From Bacteroidales bacterium (lineage in GTDB: Bacteria; Bacteroidota; Bacteroidia; Bacteroidales; UBA1715): DNA of 64,000 nt. The notes under the pieces are model-generated. The model did no database searches. It saw nothing but the letters and a program-made list of their open reading frames with translations, and was not told the DNA's origin. Of this stretch, positions 30,083-38,732 are shown one piece after another; the first letter of the stretch is position 1; the number at the start of each line of letters is the position of its first letter. The position numbers were made by a program, and so were the translations under genes. The stretch lies in contig JAWOEL010000080.1 in the NCBI GenBank assembly GCA_046482735.1, forward strand, positions 2,124 to 66,123, in the 5' to 3' direction.

Positions 30083-32862
30083 TGTTCCTTTTTATGAGGT
30101 GTCGATTTTGTTTTCTTGGTTGTTTTCTGTTGTTTTCTGTTGTTGTTTTTTCTCAGAAACCTTTAGGAAAATTTGCAAAACTAATGTCTCCGCCTTCTGT
30201 TTTTTCTAAAATTGTTGTTGCACCTCCATCTCAGGATAGTATTTCGGAGTTCTCTGCTCAATCTCGTGCTTATACTTTTGCATATCCTATTTCTGCACAT
30301 ATATCTTTTGTAAAAGAAGCCCGGCGTATAGTGTATGATGATAGTACGTTGTTTTATAACTTGCAGATATCTGCAAAAGATGCTCGTTCTCTAAATCTTA
30401 TTTTCACAGACTTTTTCTTACCCAAAGGTTCGTCGTTACAGGTTTATTCGCGGGATTCAACTTTTTTTTACGGACCATATACCTCTGAGCATAATAATGA
30501 TGCTCAGGTTTTTGCAACGCCTGTTGTGCGTGATTCTGTGATTTGCATATCGGTTTCAGTTCCGCGTGAGTTAAGCGATTCTTTATCATTGACTATTCAG
30601 CAAATTTCATATGGCTTTCGTGATTTTGAGAATTCATTAAAATCATTAAAAAGTAATAATGACTTGTCAGGAGATTGTCAGGTAAATGTGAATTGTTCGC
30701 AGGGGGTTGATTGGCAAAAAGAAAAGCGGGCTGTAAGTAGATTAATTATAGATGGAACTACTGTATGTACCGGAAGTTTAGTTAATAATACAGCTCAGGA
30801 TGGTCGCCCTTTTGTGTTGACTGCAAATCATTGTGTTTCTACTGATTTTTATGCAAGTACGGTGGTTTTTTATTTTGGTTATGAGTATTTGTATTGTTCT
30901 AATTCTACTTATCTTACTGATGAATATATTCAATCTGGTTCATATTTGCGTGCAACAGATATTCAGGATAAGATAGATTTTTCTTTATTGGAAATGTATA
31001 AACCACCTTCGGAAGTGGCTCAACCGTATTATTTGGGATGGGATGTGACTGATGATGTGGATCAACCAGGTTCGGTTACCTTGCATCATCCTCGTGGTGA
31101 TCCTATGAAAATTAGTATTGATACTGATTTTCCTACGAGTTCTTCGTTTTTTACTTATAAAGAGAATACGCATTGGCAGATATCTGATTGGGAATTTGGT
31201 GCAACAGAGGGTGGATCCTCCGGAGCACCTTTGTTGAATACACAACATAAATTATTTGGTACCCTTTCTGGTGGTGAGGCTTCGTGTAGTAATCCGGTAA
31301 ATGATTATTTTTCTAAATTATCTGCTGCGTTTTATAATGTGGGAGATTCTACTCAAAATCTTCATTATTGGTTAGATCCTCTGCATTTTTCTGCTGAGCA
31401 ATGGCCGGGGTATAATCCCTATGATACAAAACCTTCTTTTCTTTCGAATATACTGAATGCTGATTCAATTTATAATTGGCATTTTGATGAGTATGCACCG
31501 GGAACAATGGGGGGTGGTAATAATTGGGGGTGGAATGCTGTTGCAGAGGAGTTTTTGTATAATACAGAGAAATATATAGTGTCTGCTTCGTATATGGTTG
31601 ATGTGGAGCCGTGTCAACAATTACAAAATATTGAATTGTGTGTGTGGACAGGTGGCATTACACCTGATTCTCTTGTGTATACGCAAGCTGTTGAGCCTGA
31701 GGATATTATTGATTCATCATATATTATAATTTCTCCTGATGAACCAATAGAAACAACTGGAAATTTTTGGGTGGGGTACAGGTTTCTTGAATCTGATACC
31801 TGTGTTTCGTTTTTGTTTTCTGATAATGAGCAATCACGCTCGCGTTCTTTAAAGTTGCTGTATGATACGACCTGGATCTATGCTTCGCAAATTGATGCTC
31901 GCATGGCTCTTGCAGTTGAGGTTTCGGTTACTAGTATGCCTGACACGGTAAATTATATGCAAGAGAATTGGTATGAAAAGCCGGATTTTGCAACGCGGAT
32001 TTCTGAGAATGAGAAAGAATTTTATAGTCATCCGTTGTTTGCGTTTGATTCTATTGAGGCAATATATGATACTACTATTTTACAGCAGGTTTCCACACAT
32101 GAAAATATTGCAGATTGGGGTAAACCTGATTTTTTTGATGCAAATTGTGTTGCTAATAAATATACTATTAATGAAAGTAAGTATGTGCGCGGACTTAAAT
32201 TAGGTGTGAATAATAGAGGAAATGCAGATTCTTATATTAATTATTGTGTTTGGAATTCTGATTATGAGATTGTTGCACAAGATTCTGTTTTGCAGCATAA
32301 ATTAAGAAATTTGTATTATAATCAAGTTCATTTTTCTTCTCCGGTATTTGTGCAGGATGATTTTTATGCCGGGGTATGCTATCATGATAATGAACAAGAT
32401 ATTATGTCATTATATCAATATTTTGATTATGATTTTTTTGTTGATGCATATTATTCTTTAGATTCTCTGTGGTTTCCCTATGGTGATTTTGATATTTCGT
32501 ATAATTTTGCAATACAGCCTATTACGTGTTTTTCCGAGTATCATTATAATCAAAATGCCGATTCTATATTACAGTATCCTATTCGTAACACAGCGAAATC
32601 TTCGTTTTCTATTGAGCATGATGCTGTTGTGTATCCATTATATTGTAAAGATTTTTGTTTTGTAAAATGGCATCGCGTTTTTTATGATTCATTTGAGGTT
32701 GCTATAATGGATAATAATGGTGTCCTTAAAAAAAAGCAGACTGTTTTTTTTGCTAACGGAACTTATTCTATAGATGTTCGTAATATTCCTGCGGGAATGT
32801 ATACAATTGTTATTACTACCAAAGATTTTGAATTTTCCAAAAAAATTATTGTGCGTCGGTAG
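30082..32862 (+). CDS. secreted trypsin-fold (S1-type, lysyl-endopeptidase-like) serine protease with large uncharacterised middle region and T9SS C-terminal sorting domain
   Basis: Signal peptide, a catalytic His context CTGSLV...FVLTANHCV and a Ser context ATEGGSSGAPLLN. The last ~80 aa (AVVYPLY...FEVAIMDNNGVL...GTYSIDVRNIPAGMYTIVITTKDFEFSKKIIV) resemble a Por_Secre_tail domain. The start ATG overlaps the stop of the upstream sensor (TAATG at 30080-30084). Confidence 0.75.
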   Translation: MFLFMRCRFCFLGCFLLFSVVVFSQKPLGKFAKLMSPPSVFSKIVVAPPSQDSISEFSAQSRAYTFAYPISAHISFVKEARRIVYDDSTLFYNLQISAKDARSLNLIFTDFFLPKGSSLQVYSRDSTFFYGPYTSEHNNDAQVFATPVVRDSVICISVSVPRELSDSLSLTIQQISYGFRDFENSLKSLKSNNDLSGDCQVNVNCSQGVDWQKEKRAVSRLIIDGTTVCTGSLVNNTAQDGRPFVLTANHCVSTDFYASTVVFYFGYEYLYCSNSTYLTDEYIQSGSYLRATDIQDKIDFSLLEMYKPPSEVAQPYYLGWDVTDDVDQPGSVTLHHPRGDPMKISIDTDFPTSSSFFTYKENTHWQISDWEFGATEGGSSGAPLLNTQHKLFGTLSGGEASCSNPVNDYFSKLSAAFYNVGDSTQNLHYWLDPLHFSAEQWPGYNPYDTKPSFLSNILNADSIYNWHFDEYAPGTMGGGNNWGWNAVAEEFLYNTEKYIVSASYMVDVEPCQQLQNIELCVWTGGITPDSLVYTQAVEPEDIIDSSYIIISPDEPIETTGNFWVGYRFLESDTCVSFLFSDNEQSRSRSLKLLYDTTWIYASQIDARMALAVEVSVTSMPDTVNYMQENWYEKPDFATRISENEKEFYSHPLFAFDSIEAIYDTTILQQVSTHENIADWGKPDFFDANCVANKYTINESKYVRGLKLGVNNRGNADSYINYCVWNSDYEIVAQDSVLQHKLRNLYYNQVHFSSPVFVQDDFYAGVCYHDNEQDIMSLYQYFDYDFFVDAYYSLDSLWFPYGDFDISYNFAIQPITCFSEYHYNQNADSILQYPIRNTAKSSFSIEHDAVVYPLYCKDFCFVKWHRVFYDSFEVAIMDNNGVLKKKQTVFFANGTYSIDVRNIPAGMYTIVITTKDFEFSKKIIVRR

Positions 32863-34432
32863 GTGCATATTTTATTTTGTGCGAAAAAGAATTTGTTTTA
32901 ATGTGAATAATATAATATTCATGAGTTGGTGTAGGTATAGTTAATGGAATTGATGTTTCAATCCCAGGTAATATGATTGTTGATTTTTGCTGTAATATTT
33001 GTCCGTTTATTCGTAAAACAGTTATGAATATTTCATCTGGTTCGGATGATACGACGTTGCAGATTATACCTGTAGATGTATAATCTAATGAAACATGTAA
33101 TTGTGAATATGTTTGAACTTCACTTATTGTTGAGTATGTTGTTTTGTTGTTGTAGTCTGTTTGTTTGAGTCGGTAGTACGATATACCAGATAATGGAGAG
33201 GTGTCAATATAAGAATATGAGTTTGTAATGGTTGAATTTCCTGCACCGGAAATATGACTAAGAGTTGAAAAATGCACTCCATCGCCCGATCGTTCGATAC
33301 TGAAGAAGTCATTGTTTGTTTCATGTGAAGTTTCCCAATTGAGATGAACTTCATTGTTTATTGTTTCTGCGTCAAAATATGTGAGAATAATGGGGAGTGT
33401 GATTTCTTCAATTGATGTGTTTGCTTCGATTGAACCAAATGTCCAAAACTCATTGTTTGATGAGTTTGCATTGTTAAATTCTACAAAATTATTAATTGTG
33501 TCAACAACCCAACTTGTAGTTGGTGTGGTCCAATTGGTTACTCCATCTGTATTTGCAAGTGTGAGAGCTGCAAGCAGTTCTGCATTGGTAAGATGTGAAA
33601 AGTCAGATTTTTCGTAATAAATTCTTCGTTGTGTGTTTGCACCGATTATTATCTCTTGTCTCCAGTAGAAGTGTTGAAATATACCACCAGGGAGTTTGTT
33701 GTAATCAATATTTGTGTTGTTAATAGGAGTATCTTTTATAAATTCAACTTCGTATATATTGTCGCCATTACCATTTTGGAGACCGATACCAAATTTACGG
33801 CAGATATCTTTGTCACCTACCGGAAACGTATATACACCGGAGCTTTTGGGGATGTTTCGTTGAACAGAGCCGTCTATAAAAGATGAGTCTGAGCAGGGTA
33901 TGTCTTGTTGTATGGTTTTGTCATTCAGGTACATTTTACTATCGCTGTCTATTAGTATTATTCCATTTGTAAGTGTCAGTACAATGCCGTCGGCAGGTAC
34001 GTTGGTGTCTAAATATATATCATTAGAGGTTCGGGCACCGCGAGCTCTGTTTATTGATAATTTTTGCAGTGTTTGTATGCCTGCCGGAAATATAAATTCT
34101 GGAGTGTTGCCAGTGTCTTCAATATATAATTCGGAAAATGATGTGGAAAAAACACTATCGGAGTCTGTTCCTGTAATTGTGCCAAAAATAGTGAGAGCAT
34201 TGTCGGCTATATGCAATTTTCCTTCAGACAGTATAATATTGTGTATAGATGCATGTGCGGTAAGATTAATTTCGTGTCCGGAAACTATTTCAACATCATC
34301 ACTTGCTGTTGGTATAGTGCCACTATCCCAAGTGCTTGCATTGTTCCAGTTACCTGAAGATACACTTTGAATTGCTGCCGTACTATACAAAAACACATGT
34401 GTTAGCAGATATATAAAAACCCAAACTTTCAT
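32846..34432 (-). CDS. secreted hypothetical protein with beta-helix-like N-terminus, Ig/FN3-like module and possible T9SS C-terminal domain
   Basis: Signal peptide and an N-terminal motif SGNWNNASTWDSGTIPTASDDVEI. The Ig/FN3-like module reads FDAETINNEVHLNWETSHETNNDFFSIERSGDGVHFSTL...YYRLKQTDYNNKTTYS. The C-terminal beta-sandwich-like tail is only weakly T9SS-like. Confidence 0.55.
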   Translation of the reverse strand: MKVWVFIYLLTHVFLYSTAAIQSVSSGNWNNASTWDSGTIPTASDDVEIVSGHEINLTAHASIHNIILSEGKLHIADNALTIFGTITGTDSDSVFSTSFSELYIEDTGNTPEFIFPAGIQTLQKLSINRARGARTSNDIYLDTNVPADGIVLTLTNGIILIDSDSKMYLNDKTIQQDIPCSDSSFIDGSVQRNIPKSSGVYTFPVGDKDICRKFGIGLQNGNGDNIYEVEFIKDTPINNTNIDYNKLPGGIFQHFYWRQEIIIGANTQRRIYYEKSDFSHLTNAELLAALTLANTDGVTNWTTPTTSWVVDTINNFVEFNNANSSNNEFWTFGSIEANTSIEEITLPIILTYFDAETINNEVHLNWETSHETNNDFFSIERSGDGVHFSTLSHISGAGNSTITNSYSYIDTSPLSGISYYRLKQTDYNNKTTYSTISEVQTYSQLHVSLDYTSTGIICNVVSSEPDEIFITVLRINGQILQQKSTIILPGIETSIPLTIPTPTHEYYIIHIKTNSFSHKIKYAPTDAQ

Positions 34433-34507
34433 ACAGTATATGTACGAGTTTTCGGAGCTTTTAGTTGTGAATTTTACCTGTTTTTCGTTTAAGAGAATAT
34501 CTTGATA

Positions 34508-35236
34508 TTAAAACTGTAATGCTACTAAATCATTGCAATCTAATACTGGCGGTTCGTTACTTGTATGGGGTAGTGAAAACCGTGTGTATGTGATTTTTTT
34601 TCCTTCGTTCCGAAATATTTTTTCGTAATGTGTTTGTATAGAAAGTACGTCATCTAGCAGATGGGAATTATATATATCGGTCGATGATACGTGTATTGGG
34701 TGATTGTTATGGGTTAAAATATATTGGGTATATGCGTAAAGTTCCTGACTGTCGGTTTTAAGATGAATATTCCCGCCAGGTCTAAGAACAGTATAATACA
34801 TATTTAAAAATTGAGATGATGTAAGACGTTTTTTTGTGCGTCTGGTTTCTTTTTGTGGATCTGGGAAAGTTATCCAGATTTCAGAAATTTCATGTTTAGC
34901 AAATAATGATGTTATAAATTCAACCCGCGTACGAACAAAAGCTACATTGGGTATGTTTTGTTCTATAGCTGTTTTAGCTCCTCGCCAAAATCGTGCTCCT
35001 TTTATGTCTATACCAATAAAATTTTTCTCAGGATATTTTTGTGCTAAACTTACGGTGTATTCACCTTTGCCACACCCAAGTTCCAACACAATAGGATGTT
35101 GATTTTTCCAAAAATGAGAATTCCATTTCCCGTGTAAATGATGTGTTGTATTAAAAACTTCTTTAAAATCAGGTTGAATAACGTTTGCAAATGTTTTGTT
35201 TTCTGCAAAACGTTTGAGTTTATTTTTTCCGCTCAC
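34508..35236 (-). CDS. trmB: tRNA (guanine46-N7)-methyltransferase
   Basis: SAM-binding LELGCGKGEY, plus the FPDPQKETRRTKKRL and LRPGGNIHLKTD motifs typical of TrmB. Confidence 0.88.
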   Translation of the reverse strand: MSGKNKLKRFAENKTFANVIQPDFKEVFNTTHHLHGKWNSHFWKNQHPIVLELGCGKGEYTVSLAQKYPEKNFIGIDIKGARFWRGAKTAIEQNIPNVAFVRTRVEFITSLFAKHEISEIWITFPDPQKETRRTKKRLTSSQFLNMYYTVLRPGGNIHLKTDSQELYAYTQYILTHNNHPIHVSSTDIYNSHLLDDVLSIQTHYEKIFRNEGKKITYTRFSLPHTSNEPPVLDCNDLVALQF

Positions 35237-35241
35237 TTGTT

Positions 35242-35718
35242 TTAATTTTGAATAAGAGAAAGAGTTATCGATTTAATTCCAGAAATACTGCATGATTTAT
35301 TTTTACATCTCATAGCTTGTTCAAACGAAAATGTATAGATACCCGGTTGAGGGAATTTTACACCTCTTCGTAACATAAATGTATTCGTATATGTAGAAAA
35401 TGATTCCTCACCAATCCATTCACCTTTGTCTGTAGCAAGCACAAATTCTACTGTGTCTTTGTATACCTTATTGTCCGGAAATGTGATTGATGTAAAAAGA
35501 TATAAATTTGAATATCCGTATGAATCTGTGTTACTAATGTTTAGCGTAATAGAATAGATGTTATGTGTATCTTTTACCGGTATATTAAAATCCAAAACAG
35601 AGTCTTTGCTCCAGTTTTCAGGAACAGAATGTGTTTCAGTATAAGTGCTGTCGGGAGAGCAGAATGTAAATAAACATAAGCTAATTGATAATATAATAGT
35701 TGATATATATAAGTTCAT
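35242..35718 (-). CDS. gldH: gliding-motility/T9SS-associated lipoprotein GldH-like
   Basis: A 158-aa lipoprotein (signal plus Cys in LCLFTFCS). Its size and its position directly downstream of the PSP1-like and holB genes match the arrangement I recall for gldH in Bacteroidota. The family call is from memory, not from a search. Confidence 0.5.
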   Translation of the reverse strand: MNLYISTIILSISLCLFTFCSPDSTYTETHSVPENWSKDSVLDFNIPVKDTHNIYSITLNISNTDSYGYSNLYLFTSITFPDNKVYKDTVEFVLATDKGEWIGEESFSTYTNTFMLRRGVKFPQPGIYTFSFEQAMRCKNKSCSISGIKSITLSLIQN

Positions 35719-35726
35719 GAGATATT

Positions 35727-37025
35727 TTAATTAGTAGTTTTTTTTGATTGTTGTGCTTGAGGATTGTTTGTGTTTTTATTTCTTGGTTTCTTGTTTTTAT
35801 GTGGTTTGTTGTTCGGTTTGTTCGATTTATTATTATTTGGTTTGTTTTGATTATTTGATTTGTTGTTTTTATTATCTGATGCTTGCTTGTTTTGTGGTCT
35901 GTTTCCTTTACCTTTTCTTTTCTTCTTTTTGTTTTTGTTATCAAATCTGGTTAAACTTTCTTCACCTACAACATTTGTATAGTCATGGTTGATTTCAGTA
36001 GACACTTTTTCTAGTTCAAGTTTTTCCGGTTTTATGCCTTTTTTATTTAATTCAATTATTTCCTTAATTCGTTCTATTGATAATTCAGCAAAAGCCGGAA
36101 CATCGTCTTTCTTATAGAAGTAGCACATAGTTTTTTTGTACACATCAGTTTTTGAGTGAGAAGCTACGCCACCCTCAAATTCTAATAAAATAGAAGTATC
36201 AGGGAATTCTTTTCGGGCTTCTTCATAACTTTTCAATTCGTAGTTCAGGCAACATTTAAGTTTTCCACATTGTCCGGCTAGTTTTTGTGGGTTTAGTGAT
36301 AATTCCTGAACTCGGGCTGCTGATGTGGATACGGTATTAAAATTAGTTTTAAATGACGAACAACATAAATCCCTGCCACATGGGCCAATACCACCGATTC
36401 TTCCGGCTTCCTGGCGGGCTCCTATTTGTTTCATCTCAATTTTTATTTTAAACTCATCGGCAAGTACTTTTATTAATTCACGAAAGTCTACCCGCTCATC
36501 TGCTATATAATAAAAAATGGCCTTTGTTTTATCGCCCTGATATTCGACATCGCCAATTTTCATGTTTAATTTTAGGCTTTTGGCAATTTGCCGTGTTTTT
36601 ATCATCGTAGGATGTTCTAGAGCTTTCGCTTCTTCCCATTTTTCTATATCATTTGGTTTTGCTTTACGATATATTGTGTTGAACTTTTCGGGTATTTTGT
36701 GTTTATATATTTTTTTTAACTGTTCTTTTACTAGTTCTCCTGTAAGTGAAACTATACCTATATCATGTCCGGGCGACGATTCTACGGCAACTATATCTCC
36801 TGTTTCTAAAGAAAGATTGTTGTTGTTAACATAAAATTCTTTACGGGTATTTTTGAAGCGAACTTCTACAATGTTATGAGTAGCAGGAATGTCGCTGATG
36901 TCTTGTAACCAGTTGGTACAATATAATTTATTGCTTCCTGAACGTTGAGCAGAATTTTTTATATTTTCTTGAATTTTTTCAGGATTTGTATCAGATGATA
37001 TATTATTGTTTGAATTTGTTTTCAT
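35727..37025 (-). CDS. PSP1 C-terminal domain protein (RicT/YaaT-like) with long Lys/Asn-rich C-terminal tail
   Basis: PSP1 core with Cys motifs (GPCGRDLCCSSF, GQCGKLKCCLNYE). It lies downstream of holB, as in many bacteria. The C-terminal ~75 aa are low-complexity K/N/P/Q sequence. Confidence 0.8.
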   Translation of the reverse strand: MKTNSNNNISSDTNPEKIQENIKNSAQRSGSNKLYCTNWLQDISDIPATHNIVEVRFKNTRKEFYVNNNNLSLETGDIVAVESSPGHDIGIVSLTGELVKEQLKKIYKHKIPEKFNTIYRKAKPNDIEKWEEAKALEHPTMIKTRQIAKSLKLNMKIGDVEYQGDKTKAIFYYIADERVDFRELIKVLADEFKIKIEMKQIGARQEAGRIGGIGPCGRDLCCSSFKTNFNTVSTSAARVQELSLNPQKLAGQCGKLKCCLNYELKSYEEARKEFPDTSILLEFEGGVASHSKTDVYKKTMCYFYKKDDVPAFAELSIERIKEIIELNKKGIKPEKLELEKVSTEINHDYTNVVGEESLTRFDNKNKKKKRKGKGNRPQNKQASDNKNNKSNNQNKPNNNKSNKPNNKPHKNKKPRNKNTNNPQAQQSKKTTN

Positions 37026-37056
37026 AGGTAAATATTTTAATGCAAAAATAATAAGA

Positions 37057-38184
37057 TTATGCTCTTAATAAAATCATGAGTTTGATTATCAAATCAAAAA
37101 ATATGATTTTAGCATTACCGTTTCGTTCTATATGAAAATATACTTCATTTAGTTCTTTAGTAATAGGAGCAATATTTCGTTCGTGAATATATATATGAAA
37201 TTTTTCGGAAAAATCTCTTTCTTGTTTATATAAGTATACTATATCATTTTGTTGTTGGTTTAGAATAAAATTTTCTCGTATAATATTTAATGAATATTGT
37301 ATAAATGATTTTTGTTTTTCTCGACTATATTCAGCTAATGTGTCGGATAATTTTGTTGCTTCCACCAAATTTTTTGCAAAGCTAAGTCGCATAAGTTGAG
37401 TGAAAAAGGTGAAAAATTCTTTGTTTTCGTCTTCTGACTGTGCCAGTCTGTTTGCTTTTAAATAATTGCCGTTTGCATTGTGTACTATTGCCTGCAAATC
37501 TGTTTGTTCTAAATTATAATCGTTTGAGAGTTTTTCCGAAAGGCTTTGTTTATCAATTTTTGGTATATAGCGAATTTGTGTGCGCGACAAAATTGTTTGC
37601 AGCATAGAATCAGTATTTTCGGCTAATAAAAGAAATAATGTTTTTTCAGGGGGTTCTTCGAAAATTTTTAAAAGCTTGTTTGCACACGTAACATTCATTT
37701 TTTCAGCCATCCAGATAATCATAATTTTATACTCACTTTCGTAAGTTTTTAACTGAAGTTTTTTGAGAATTTGACTGCTTTCTTCATTTTGAATACTTCC
37801 TTGCCCTTTGTTGATTTCTATATAATTATACCAATAATTTAAGTTCAAATATGGCTGTTCGCGAACTGCATGTCGCCATTCCTCTATAAAATTATCACTA
37901 ACCGGATGTTTTTTTATTTTTTTATTGGTTGCTACAGGAAATACAAAATGCAAATCGGGATGTGCCAGTTTGTTGAATTTTATGCATGAGGGGCAGTTGC
38001 CGCAGGCATCATTTTCTTGCTTGTTTGTGCAGTTTATATATTGAGCATAGGCCAAAGCAAGTGGTAGATTTCCACTGCCTTCCGGTCCGCAAAATAGTTG
38101 AGCATGGCTTATTCTGTTGTTGTGAACAGATGATAGCAAGTCTTCTTTTATTTGGTTTTGTCCAATTACTTCTTTAAATAACAT
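37057..38184 (-). CDS. holB: DNA polymerase III subunit delta'
   Basis: AAA+ clamp-loader fold with a degenerate P-loop (LFCGPEGSGNLPLALA), a zinc module (CGNCPSCIKF) and an SRTQ sensor motif (ILSRTQIRYIP). Confidence 0.85.
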   Translation of the reverse strand: MLFKEVIGQNQIKEDLLSSVHNNRISHAQLFCGPEGSGNLPLALAYAQYINCTNKQENDACGNCPSCIKFNKLAHPDLHFVFPVATNKKIKKHPVSDNFIEEWRHAVREQPYLNLNYWYNYIEINKGQGSIQNEESSQILKKLQLKTYESEYKIMIIWMAEKMNVTCANKLLKIFEEPPEKTLFLLLAENTDSMLQTILSRTQIRYIPKIDKQSLSEKLSNDYNLEQTDLQAIVHNANGNYLKANRLAQSEDENKEFFTFFTQLMRLSFAKNLVEATKLSDTLAEYSREKQKSFIQYSLNIIRENFILNQQQNDIVYLYKQERDFSEKFHIYIHERNIAPITKELNEVYFHIERNGNAKIIFFDLIIKLMILLRA

Positions 38185-38187
38185 AAT

Positions 38188-38670
38188 TTATAATGTATAT
38201 CTTATTCCTCCTCGCAGACTCGGGTTTTTTCGAATCGATTTTTCTGAATCGTACAATATATCATACAGTATCATACCATAAGCTACCATACCATCTGATA
38301 TTTGTTTTTCAAAACCAGCTCCAATAGGTAGGGTATGAACGGTTGTTTTGTAGTTTTCTTGTGTCCACGTTTTACTTATTTCATATTCGGCATGAATAAA
38401 AATAGTTTGGGTAATCTTGTATTCGCTGTATATGCGTGCACCGAATGTGAAAAAATTTGTATTAGTTTTGTTGTTTTGTGTGTAGAGTACAAAGGGAGAA
38501 AAACCGGTGATTATTTTTTCGGTAAACGAATAGTTAATTTCGGGAGCTATATCTGCTTGCATTATTTCATCTTCAAAAGTTACCCCAACGTTTCCTCCCG
38601 TACTTATTTGTGCCTGCGACAAGCTCGGTATTATAAGTAGAAAGAATGCACAAAAAACAAGTAGTTTCAT
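38188..38670 (-). CDS. small outer-membrane beta-barrel-like protein (hypothetical)
   Basis: Signal peptide MKLLVFCAFFLLIIPSLSQAQ and an alternating hydrophobic pattern in a 160-aa protein. The family is not recognised. Confidence 0.4.
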   Translation of the reverse strand: MKLLVFCAFFLLIIPSLSQAQISTGGNVGVTFEDEIMQADIAPEINYSFTEKIITGFSPFVLYTQNNKTNTNFFTFGARIYSEYKITQTIFIHAEYEISKTWTQENYKTTVHTLPIGAGFEKQISDGMVAYGMILYDILYDSEKSIRKNPSLRGGIRYTL

Positions 38671-38732
38671 AATAAAATAATATATTTGTTTTGATTGATA
38701 AAAATACTAAAAATTATTTTACGCAAAGCAAT

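Noticed and set aside
35681-35944. An 87-aa minus-strand ORF (Thr/Asn/Lys/Ile-rich) overlaps the 3' end of the PSP1-like gene and the start of the gldH-like gene.
   Set aside because: It is an alternative frame of the same quasi-repetitive low-complexity DNA that encodes the PSP1 tail, and it has no independent signals.
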